A stretch of DNA of 36,819 nt from Bacteroidia bacterium (GCA_044369215.1 JBIPMI010000001.1:1-36819); one strand, 5' to 3'. Shown: positions 27,420-34,468, counted from the stretch's first letter. Numbers and translations are program-made. The notes: generated by a model not told the origin, from the sequence alone.

Positions 27420-28781
27420 ATGAAAAAATTATGTATCGCTTTCATTGCAATTACCTCGGCATTGCAAGGTGTTTCGCAAACAAACCCTGTCATTACATCT
27501 TGGTTGAGAAACACCACTGGTATTAAAGGTCGACATTATATTAAGAATAATTCAACTGCAATAGTTGATGCAGATTCTGCTAATGTAAAAACTATTTTGT
27601 ATTCGGCAAATTCGGTTTACATTAGAGCAAACGGTGTACCTTCTTATGTAACAGGTCCCTTTCAGGATGGTAATCCTTCACTAACTACAAGTCAAAACGC
27701 AATATTTAAATTCCCATTGAATCCAGTTAAGAATACAGGAACACTTATTGCTACTTCAGGTGGAAATATCGGTTTATTTATAAATGGTGTTGCTTTGTTT
27801 GATTACAGAGATGGTGTTTCATGGAAAAATTCAACCGGAACTATTGCAGGTGGTCCAATTGGTGGAATGGGTGATCGCGTTTGGAACCGTGATGCCATCG
27901 TTGCTGAAAGAGCAGGTTTCGATTGTGCCAAGGGACATCCTGCCATGGGTAATTATCACCATCACCAAAACCCAAGTGCATTTAAACTTGATTTAAATGT
28001 AATATCAACTGTTTGTAATTTATATGATGCTGATGGTTTATATGTAATCGATTCAACAAATCATTCTCCTTTAATTGGTTTTGCTTATGATGGATTTCCA
28101 ATTTATGGGGCTTATGCTTTCAAAAATGTTGATGGCACAGGAGGAATTGTTAGAATGAAATCGAGTTATTCATTAAGAAATATTATTGCAAGAACGCATT
28201 ATGCAAATGGTAATGATGTTACAGATGGACCAGCAATTAGTACAACTTATCCATTAGGTTATTTCAGAGAAGATTATCAATACAATGAAACATCTACTGC
28301 AACTCCAGATTATTTAGATGAACACAATGGACGTTTTTGCATCACTCCTGAGTATCCAAATGGAATCTATTGTTATTATGCAACAGTTGATGCCAATTGG
28401 AACTCCAGTTATCCTTATGCTGTTGGGCCTAATTATTATGGTGTAAAAACTGCCGCTAAGGTTAATTCAATCACAGAGGTAGTGAGTATTTATACTGGCT
28501 CTGCAACTGGATTAGAATTAGTAAATTCAGATAAACTTGATATTTCAATTTTTCCAAATCCTTCAAGTGAAATAATTGCCATACAACAAAGTGGATTGGT
28601 GTTAAAAGATTTAAAAGTTGAATTGTATGATATGAGTGGTAAATTAATTCAAACAGGACAATTATACCAAGGTTCAACCATTTCCTATTTTGATGTAAGC
28701 CAATTGCAATCCGGTGAATATTTGGTTAGGGTTTCAGATGGAAATCAAATCAAAACCAATAAAATTATTTTATCCCATTAA
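27420..28781 (+). CDS. YHYH-domain protein with type-A T9SS C-terminal sorting domain
   Basis: 453-aa ORF with a signal peptide. YHYH-domain motifs: GHPAMGNYHHHQNP, GFAYDGFPIYG, DEHNGRF, PNGIYCYYAT. The C-terminal ~80 aa (ISIFPNPSSEIIAI...VELYDMSGKLI...LQSGEYLVRV) match the Por/T9SS CTD pattern. Confidence 0.85.
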   Translation: MKKLCIAFIAITSALQGVSQTNPVITSWLRNTTGIKGRHYIKNNSTAIVDADSANVKTILYSANSVYIRANGVPSYVTGPFQDGNPSLTTSQNAIFKFPLNPVKNTGTLIATSGGNIGLFINGVALFDYRDGVSWKNSTGTIAGGPIGGMGDRVWNRDAIVAERAGFDCAKGHPAMGNYHHHQNPSAFKLDLNVISTVCNLYDADGLYVIDSTNHSPLIGFAYDGFPIYGAYAFKNVDGTGGIVRMKSSYSLRNIIARTHYANGNDVTDGPAISTTYPLGYFREDYQYNETSTATPDYLDEHNGRFCITPEYPNGIYCYYATVDANWNSSYPYAVGPNYYGVKTAAKVNSITEVVSIYTGSATGLELVNSDKLDISIFPNPSSEIIAIQQSGLVLKDLKVELYDMSGKLIQTGQLYQGSTISYFDVSQLQSGEYLVRVSDGNQIKTNKIILSH

Positions 28782-28786
28782 TGTAT

Positions 28787-28838
28787 CGCCGCGATTTATC
28801 GCGGTGGTATAAAAACACCAAGATAAATCGCGGTGTTT
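28787..28838 (+). terminator. GC-rich extended hairpin with alternative pairing, downstream of the YHYH gene
   Basis: Perfect 12-bp stem ccgcgatttatc (28789-28800) / gataaatcgcgg (28822-28833), plus an inner ggtg/cacc stem. The left arm can alternatively fold locally (ccgcgat/atcgcgg). atcgcggtg occurs as a direct repeat at 28798 and 28827. It starts 6 nt after the stop and is followed by tgtttcattatt. Confidence 0.55.
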
Positions 28839-28854
28839 CATTATTCCCCAATTG

Positions 28855-28952
28855 AAATCATAGGAAAAATTATATAAATCAAGGTCCATAAACTTCTTTT
28901 CATATAGAGAAGCAACTTTATTCCAGGTTTCAAATGTTTCTTGGAATGGGTC
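28855..28952 (-). pseudogene. Possible N-terminal remnant of a class I SAM-dependent methyltransferase gene
   Basis: My minus-strand translation reads DPFQETFETWNKVASLYEKKFMDLDLYNFSYDF. This resembles the N-terminus I recall for a Bacteroidota methyltransferase family (..W..A..Y..KFMDLDLYN.(S/T)YD.F). There is no start codon and no SAM-binding motif after it, and similarity ends where the GC-rich hairpin begins. Confidence 0.3.
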
Positions 28953-29102
28953 TATTATTGCAAGATGATTTAAAAATTCAACTACTAGAATATATAAATT
29001 TTAATCTAGAATTTAGTGATCATTTATATTTGTAGAGCTTGAAATGGTTTGGAAGTAATTAAACCGGAATTGCTGATAGGATTATAGCGAAATGACTTAT
29101 AG

Positions 29103-29903
29103 CTAATTCCTTTCTAGCTTCTTTCCATTTTTGTGACATGAAACACAATCGTTGATTTGATTAATGCCTTCTTCATTATGTTCCCTTATGATTTCATTTT
29201 TCGAATGTTCATGGCAACCAAAACAGGTGTAAGAAGTGTAATTATTTTTTGTATGGCAAGTGCTGCATTTGGTTTGATGATTTTTGTCGAGTTCAAAATA
29301 TGAATCATGTGCAAATGTAGCAGGACTCCAAGTATTGGTTTGGTGGCATTTTTCACAACTTAATTTGGTTTGATCATGTAGCTTGTCTTTGGGTTTTTGG
29401 TGGCAGCTTAAACAGTTTGTTTCTGCTATCAGCTCTTCGTGGTTAAACGATGCTGATGAAGCCCATTTTGAAGTTTGGTGACATTCAACACAACGTTTAC
29501 TTACAAATTTGTGTAATTGGTTATTTGGTTTTTTATGACATTCATTACATTCAATCAATGTTGTTTTAAGAAGTATTTCATGTTTAAAAATAGGTTTCTT
29601 GTATTCTTGATAAATGCCTTGGTGTTGAGTATGGCATTCTACACAATTTTGATTTAAAATCTTTTCATGAAATAGAGTTTTGTTAACCTTGTTGATGCTG
29701 TCTTTGCCTATGTTTATTGGGTTATGACAAGCTATACACTTTTCATTACTGACCCCACTAAATGCAGTATGACAAACAAAACAATCATTGCTTAATTTTT
29801 GATGTCCTTTTGCTAATACGCCCGGATTAATCATTAAGTAGGGTGATTTTATTAGCAATAAAACAAACAAACCTATTCCTATAAAAACTAAAAAGCTTTT
29901 CAT
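29103..29903 (-). CDS. Membrane-anchored decahaem c-type cytochrome
   Basis: 266-aa ORF with an N-terminal hydrophobic anchor/signal MKSFLVFIGIGLFVLLLI. Ten CXXCH motifs: CFVCH, CIACH, CVECH, CNECH, CVECH, CLSCH, CEKCH, CSTCH, CFGCH, CVSCH. There are 11 further His residues. The start overlaps the upstream stop (ATGA at 29900-29903). Confidence 0.9.
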   Translation of the reverse strand: MKSFLVFIGIGLFVLLLIKSPYLMINPGVLAKGHQKLSNDCFVCHTAFSGVSNEKCIACHNPINIGKDSINKVNKTLFHEKILNQNCVECHTQHQGIYQEYKKPIFKHEILLKTTLIECNECHKKPNNQLHKFVSKRCVECHQTSKWASSASFNHEELIAETNCLSCHQKPKDKLHDQTKLSCEKCHQTNTWSPATFAHDSYFELDKNHQTKCSTCHTKNNYTSYTCFGCHEHSKNEIIREHNEEGINQINDCVSCHKNGKKLERN

Positions 29904-30472
29904 GAACTAAAAATCAAGATACTGATTAAATGTAATAGGCTTAGTATTCCTAAAGTATACGCTATGGGTAAATGAATCATTCTCCATTTTTTTAAACCTT
30001 TTACAACAATGGAATCAAAAGATAAATTCTTTTCTATTTCTGATTCGCTCATACCGCTTGATACAAGTTCTTTTCTGTTCGATAGTAAATCAAGATTGGC
30101 CATTTTTAATATAAACTTTCCTACTAAACCACTTGCCACATTTATAAGTAAACTCAATATGGCCAGCCAAGGTAAAATGGCATTAAAATGTATTCCTGCA
30201 TGCACCAGTATTAATATTGAGCCAATAAAAGCAAGGGTTTCATGTATTTTTAGTAGTTGAGGTGAAGAACCTATGTGAATACTCTTGTGTTTGTTTAAAG
30301 AATAAATAAAAGAGAAAAGAATAAACACTGTTCCAATTGGACCCAGATATCTACCAATATAAAACAGATTTAAATAATGAAGCAGATAATCTAAACCTAT
30401 ACTTATAAAAATTAAACATGAATACAAGAAAACAAATGGGATGATTTGTTTAATGAATATGGGAACTTTCAT
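29900..30472 (-). CDS. Polytopic membrane protein with paired transmembrane histidines (putative di-haem b carrier)
   Basis: 190-aa ORF with about 5 hydrophobic helices. Two His pairs, each separated by 13 residues, lie within hydrophobic segments: HETLAFIGSILILVH and HLPIAYTLGILSLLH. It is translationally coupled to the cytochrome c gene. The haem-binding role is inference. Confidence 0.7.
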   Translation of the reverse strand: MKVPIFIKQIIPFVFLYSCLIFISIGLDYLLHYLNLFYIGRYLGPIGTVFILFSFIYSLNKHKSIHIGSSPQLLKIHETLAFIGSILILVHAGIHFNAILPWLAILSLLINVASGLVGKFILKMANLDLLSNRKELVSSGMSESEIEKNLSFDSIVVKGLKKWRMIHLPIAYTLGILSLLHLISILIFSS

Positions 30473-30480
30473 TAGAAGTT

Positions 30481-30975
30481 TTAATCAATATCACCATCCC
30501 TTTTAACATCCATTTGTACCGGAGTTAAATTAGTTGTAGGGTTCAATTCAGTATGCCTGATTTGTCCACCAAGGTAAGCTGTTCTAGAAACCAATATAAA
30601 GCTGATACCCGATAATAATAGTATAACTATATTTAGGGGTCTAATTAGTGGCGATTTATTCCATGCAAAAAACAAAGCCAATAATGAAAGTACACCAAGA
30701 CTTATCAAAGAAATAAGCGCAAATAAGGCAAATTCTTCATTTGCTTCGATATTAGATTTAATAATTCCTTGAATGTTTTCAACTGTTTCTTCAGCTGCTT
30801 CACCGGTTATATAGGCAATTCCTGCTCCAATGCCAGAAAGTATTAGAATATAATAACCTGCAATATTGGTTTGAGTACTTTTGACCAAGAATCCATGAAG
30901 AAGAACGAGTCCGCCAAACATAGAACCAAATAGAGGTAAATGTGTAATAAATAAATGTATATGTGTTTGGTTCAT
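30481..30975 (-). CDS. 4-TM membrane protein (DUF2231-like by recollection)
   Basis: 164-aa ORF with MNQTHIHLFITHLPLFG, the acidic loop TGEAAEETVENIQG..EANEEFA, and the C-terminal LGGQIRHTEL. It is the first gene of the three-gene operon (8-nt gap to the next ORF). Confidence 0.75.
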   Translation of the reverse strand: MNQTHIHLFITHLPLFGSMFGGLVLLHGFLVKSTQTNIAGYYILILSGIGAGIAYITGEAAEETVENIQGIIKSNIEANEEFALFALISLISLGVLSLLALFFAWNKSPLIRPLNIVILLLSGISFILVSRTAYLGGQIRHTELNPTTNLTPVQMDVKRDGDID

Positions 30976-31170
30976 GGGGTCTTTTATTGTACAATACCAT
31001 TGAAGCTTTTTAAGTAAAAGTCAAAATTTTGTATTGCTTGGTGAGTTAATAAGAATTGGCAGGCAACTTAGCTGCTTACTACAATTTCTTTACTACATAA
31101 TTTTTATAAAAGCTTATAGAATTCACACATTTTATAACAAAGTCAATGTTTTTGAGTGTGGCCAAATTTG

Positions 31171-31200
31171 GTAGTAGCAAACTATTATGTTTGCTACTAC
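31171..31200. other. Isolated perfect 12-bp stem-loop in non-coding DNA
   Basis: gtagtagcaaac (31171-31182), loop tattat, gtttgctactac (31189-31200). It has no flanking T-run and is not adjacent to a gene end. Confidence 0.6.
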
Positions 31201-31404
31201 AGAATCATAAATAATTGCTGTTGATTTTGCATTTATGTATTTGATTTATGAAATCACCAATTGGGCTTTTTTTATTTATATTGTATTCTTACGCCACTTT
31301 CTCATTAAACAAATATTCCTGGAATTCTACAAATGCCCTGCTGATATTACTTGCAATCACATGTGTTGTTCATAACCGGCTGCACTATCGTAAGTAGAGT
31401 CGGC

Positions 31405-31535
31405 TCCTCCTAGCTCTGAAAGAGCGATATACCACTAGGATAGGGCATCGCCCTATCCTTATTAAACCGACAATGCTCCCATGCCCTGAAAGGACGTCAT
31501 ACCATTCCATAAGGCGCAGCGCCATCACCTAATCC
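31405..31535 (+). repeat. Two REP-like two-hairpin units (plus orientation) at the 3' side of the RAYT gene
   Basis: Unit D1: small hairpin gctct-gaa-agagc (31413-31425) plus a 10-bp palindrome aggatagggc-atc-gccctatcct (31437-31459). Unit D2 (31476-31535) is a degenerate copy (atgccctgaaaggacgtcatacc...ggcgcagcgccatcacct) overlapping the last codons of the transposase. Confidence 0.8.
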
Positions 31536-31981
31536 CAAACATACCTCTCGTCGCATTCTACTTGATACTTCTTTAAAAAAGCACGGTATTCATCTTGAAA
31601 AGTTTTCTTATTATGGTGTTCATGTTGATTAGCTATATAGGCTTTAACAGTATCAACTTCTCTTGGATTAACAGAAAATGCTCCATATCCATCTTGCCAA
31701 TAGAAGTTTTGATAAGCTGGTCCTTTTGTTTTTATCCATTTTGATGAATGTGATTTTAGTACTTCCATCAACTTCATGAGTGGTATCTTTTTTGATAACA
31801 TACATAGTACATGGATATGGTCGGTATAGCCGCCTACTTTTATTACTGTGCATTCGAGTCTATTACAGATGCCTCCTAGGTAGGCATGAAGTTCAGCTTC
31901 CACAGATTCGTCTATTAGTGGTTGACGATATTTCGTGCTGAACACGATGTGCATGTAGTTTTTTACTAGCGATTGTCCCAT
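31529..31981 (-). CDS. IS200-like HUH/Y1 tyrosine transposase, REP-associated (RAYT-like)
   Basis: MGQSLVKNYMHIVFSTKYRQPLI.., HUH motif in YTDHIHVLC, and catalytic Tyr context VKAYIANQHEHH. I place the start at ATG 31981, because the track's 32008 start would read into a REP hairpin. There is no tnpB partner, and REP-like palindromes flank both sides. Confidence 0.88.
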   Translation of the reverse strand: MGQSLVKNYMHIVFSTKYRQPLIDESVEAELHAYLGGICNRLECTVIKVGGYTDHIHVLCMLSKKIPLMKLMEVLKSHSSKWIKTKGPAYQNFYWQDGYGAFSVNPREVDTVKAYIANQHEHHNKKTFQDEYRAFLKKYQVECDERYVWD

Positions 31982-31989
31982 AGTTTTAT

Positions 31990-32105
31990 GTCGATGGGCT
32001 ACACCCATCGTTGGTATATGTTGCCCCTTCTGGGCTGGTGTTCGTCTGTTCCAATTCGCGACGGGCTATGCCCATCGCTAGTGTATTACGCCCTTTCAGG
32101 GCTAT
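31990..32105 (-). repeat. Two REP-like units in minus orientation immediately 5' of the RAYT gene
   Basis: Reverse complements read ccagcccagaaggggcaacatataccaacgatgggtgtagcccatcga (31991-32038) and gaatagccctgaaagggcgtaatacactagcgatgggcatagcccgtcgcgaa (32055-32105). They share the architecture of the plus-strand units (small gccc..gggc hairpin, ata-acc spacer, 7-9 bp palindrome). The palindrome arms differ by compensating changes. Confidence 0.75.
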
Positions 32106-32149
32106 TCGATCGACTGGATTCGTTAACGATAATATCAATATGAATACAT

Positions 32150-32274
32150 CCCCCTAGCCCTGAAGGGGCGGTATAACCTTAGGATAGGGTATCGCCCTAT
32201 CCTAATTATCGTGTCATTTTCTCCCTAGCCCTGAATGGGCGGCATATCCCTAGGATAGGGTAACGCCCTATCCT
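32150..32274 (+). repeat. Two tandem ~71-bp REP-like units (plus orientation)
   Basis: cctagccctgaaggggcggtataaccttaggatagggtatcgccctatcct (palindrome 32181-32203) and cctagccctgaatgggcggcatatccctaggatagggtaacgccctatcct (palindrome 32252-32274). They are nearly identical to each other and to unit D1. Confidence 0.85.
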
Positions 32275-32280
32275 GAATAG

Positions 32281-32380
32281 ATATGGCATCGCTATATCCT
32301 AAATAAGGTGGCATCGCCCGAGCCCAAATAACATGTCACCGCCTTATCTCAAATGAACATGGCATCGCCTCAACCCAATT
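32281..32380 (+). repeat. Four tandem ~25-bp degenerate copies of the palindrome right half-site
   Basis: atggcatcgctatatcctaaata / ggtggcatcgcccgagcccaaata / acatgtcaccgccttatctcaaatga / acatggcatcgcctcaacccaatt. Each resembles ..ggcatcgccctatcct-a-ta of the full units but lacks the left arm. Confidence 0.65.
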
Positions 32381-32431
32381 GTGATGCTGACCGTTTTTCT
32401 TGGTGCTAAATTAATTGAATGCAATTTTTGA

Positions 32432-32813
32432 TTGTAGGTGCATTTGTACTAAAACACCATCTGGACCACGGATTAAGCTGATTTTTTTGATTACAATCAT
32501 TTCGTAATCAAGCTTTAATAAGATAGTAGTGTTTCTTTTGAATTCTTATTTTGTCATGGAAAATTTCCTTGTTGTATTTCAATATAACTACTAAAAACAC
32601 CCTCATTTAAGGAATTCCTAAATTCTTTAACTCGCAAGAATATCCGTTTATTCCTTTAATCAGCTTAATCACTGTCCATACTTTTGCCACGGATTAACCT
32701 GATTATTATGATTTTTTTGATTCAATTAATTTTAATTAGCTTAATCACAATTCATACTTTTGACTTTTAAATTTATTGCTTGTAGCTGCTCAATTGGTAC
32801 TCAAAACATCCTC
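32432..32813 (+). repeat. Second family of short imperfect dispersed repeats in a gene-free tract
   Basis: ttgtaggtgcatttgtactaaaacaccatc (32432-32461) vs ttgtagctgctcaattggtactcaaaacatcctc (32780-32813) vs aactactaaaaacaccctc (32586-32604). ccacggattaagctgatt...gatttttttgatt (32466-32492) vs ccacggattaacctgatt...gatttttttgatt (32687-32722). agcttaatcactgtccatacttttgcc (32662-32688) vs agcttaatcacaattcatacttttgac (32738-32764). Confidence 0.55.
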
Positions 32814-33002
32814 TTCTTGGGATTTCGACAAACTAAAATACGTCAACTCAGATTTAGGGAATTTCATTATCAAAATTAATCATATTCTCAGGTTGAATAA
32901 AGATTCTACTTCTTTTAAACTCCTAGTAAGCTAGTGACCGAATGAATAATAAGGGCAAATTGAACATCCGTAACGAGCCTGTCAACATGATATAGAAAAG
33001 AG

Positions 33003-33692
33003 TTATTTAGAAGGGCGAGTAGGTCGTGAGGTAAATAATATTTTGCTAGTAGAGTCAACAATAGAAAAGCCATAGTCGTGTTTATAATTTAAATTGGCTA
33101 AAGGAATCGCTTTGTTTATCTCTGCATAATTGCTCCAATAGATATCAATTCCATTTTTTTTCTTCTCCTTTATTTCATTCTCAAAATCACGTATGTGATT
33201 CGCAAGTGAATCAATCATGACAAAACCTACTCGAATCTTATCAGAATTACTGTTTCCGGCGGTTCTTAAGTCATTTATCATGGTATGAAAAACAATTTTA
33301 CCATGAGGAAGAAATATCATCTTATCCCTTGAATTCTTGTCGCAACAAAAACCGAATGTATTGATACTCGAAGGTTCAAATAGAAATTGCATGAAAAATG
33401 AGGTATACATAAAAACTAAATCTAATGTATCATTCGATTGGTTATTGATGCCAATGTCTATAAACAGAATTGGAATTGAATCTCTTTGTTCCTGAATAAG
33501 TTGATTGCTACTAGGCTCATATCGTCCACTGTGATTATTTTCGTATCCAGCACCTACTATATTCAATGAAACAGAGATTGGATGTTGATGAAGTGAGTCT
33601 TTAGCCTTTAGGGTATGAAGGTTCCTAGGACCTGGATTTTCGCCGCATGAAACAATTAAAGCTGTAGAAATAATAAATATGATATTTTTCAA
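33003..33692 (-). CDS. Hypothetical lipoprotein
   Basis: 229-aa ORF. The TTG start gives MKNIIFIISTALIVSCGEN, a lipobox-like signal with Cys at position 16. I recognise no domain. Confidence 0.65.
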   Translation of the reverse strand: MKNIIFIISTALIVSCGENPGPRNLHTLKAKDSLHQHPISVSLNIVGAGYENNHSGRYEPSSNQLIQEQRDSIPILFIDIGINNQSNDTLDLVFMYTSFFMQFLFEPSSINTFGFCCDKNSRDKMIFLPHGKIVFHTMINDLRTAGNSNSDKIRVGFVMIDSLANHIRDFENEIKEKKKNGIDIYWSNYAEINKAIPLANLNYKHDYGFSIVDSTSKILFTSRPTRPSK

Positions 33693-33802
33693 ATGGAAAA
33701 GATTAAAACTTTTAAAACAAAGCGATAAGGATTTGAGGGATATTTTGCTCCTTTATATTTTGCTTTTCTTTAGCTTAGCTTATAATATCATTTAAGAATA
33801 AA

Positions 33803-34303
33803 TCAATCTTTAATCAATAAATTATTGATCATGAATCTTATCAAATTTAGTTCTTCTTGTTCTATGTTCGAATCTTTATTAATTGAAATTGTTACTAATC
33901 TTTGTTTGTCTACTATGCCGTACCAAACCCAATTTATTTGTTTTACGGTGAATGTTGACTCTACTAAAACATCAAATTTTGTTTTATAACTTTTCCAATC
34001 TTCTTTCTTTAGATCATTCTTAAAATAGCTTTTTACAAAATCATTTAACTGTGTAATTAATTTATCATCGTTCATTCCTTTTCCAATTCCGTATGCACTA
34101 ATTGTAATGGTTATTTTTGATGTGGAATCATAAATTGTAACTATGCCATCTTCATCTTCTTTTAAAGAAAAATCTTTTGGATAATAGATGTCGTAAGCCT
34201 TTGATTTTGGTACAAATGAGGTCATTTCTTTTTTGTCTTCATGCTGACCAAATGCGTTTATACTGAAAATAAACGAAAGTATAAATAGGATTCTGTAAGT
34301 CAT
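33803..34303 (-). CDS. Hypothetical secreted protein
   Basis: 166-aa ORF with signal peptide MTYRILFILSFIFSINAFGQ. I recognise no domain. Confidence 0.65.
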   Translation of the reverse strand: MTYRILFILSFIFSINAFGQHEDKKEMTSFVPKSKAYDIYYPKDFSLKEDEDGIVTIYDSTSKITITISAYGIGKGMNDDKLITQLNDFVKSYFKNDLKKEDWKSYKTKFDVLVESTFTVKQINWVWYGIVDKQRLVTISINKDSNIEQEELNLIRFMINNLLIKD

Positions 34304-34329
34304 TTGTGTTGTATTGGTTGAAGCTTTTC

Positions 34330-34414
34330 TTTTGGTATTATTTGATAATTGGTTTAATTCATTTTAAACGAACAAACCTTATAACTCAAAAGTAATTTTT
34401 GGTATTTGATAATT
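34330..34414. repeat. Imperfect ~20-bp direct repeat in the intergenic region
   Basis: ttttggtattatttgataatt (34330-34350) and ttttggtatttgataatt (34397-34414). They are identical apart from a 3-nt indel and lie between the 287-aa ORF stop and the 166-aa ORF start. Confidence 0.5.
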
Positions 34415-34468
34415 CAAGCAGTAGAATTAAATAAATTGAAATGATTTCTTTTTGTTTTAATCTACTTT

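Larger units (their letters stand above)
31405..32380 (-). mobile_element. RAYT-REP locus (domesticated Y1 transposase plus its presumptive REP substrates)
   Basis: A single Y1 transposase gene is bracketed by oppositely oriented REP-like units (minus-oriented 31990-32105 on its 5' side, plus-oriented 31405-31535 on its 3' side). Additional units lie at 32150-32380. There are no IS-type terminal structures or tnpB. Confidence 0.65.

Noticed and set aside
25185-28677. ORFs 25185..25448 (-), 26809..26994 (-), 27784..27996 (+) and 28471..28677 (-)
   Set aside because: They are shadow ORFs inside the maeB and YHYH genes.
30009-31853. ORFs 30009..30260 (+), 30800..31000 (-) and 31668..31853 (-), plus the track start 32008 for the transposase
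   Set aside because: The first three overlap the cytochrome-operon genes or the RAYT gene out of frame. The MGVAHRHKT extension of the transposase reads through a REP hairpin (cgatggg-ctaca-cccatcg), and homologues as I recall them begin MGQSL..
31405-32380. Whether the repeats form a CRISPR array, or whether the locus is a complete IS200/IS605 element
   Set aside because: Repeat units are contiguous or irregularly spaced, appear in both orientations, and lack unique spacers of constant length, so this is not CRISPR. There is no tnpB gene and no distinct left and right IS ends, so I call it a RAYT/REP locus rather than an autonomous IS.
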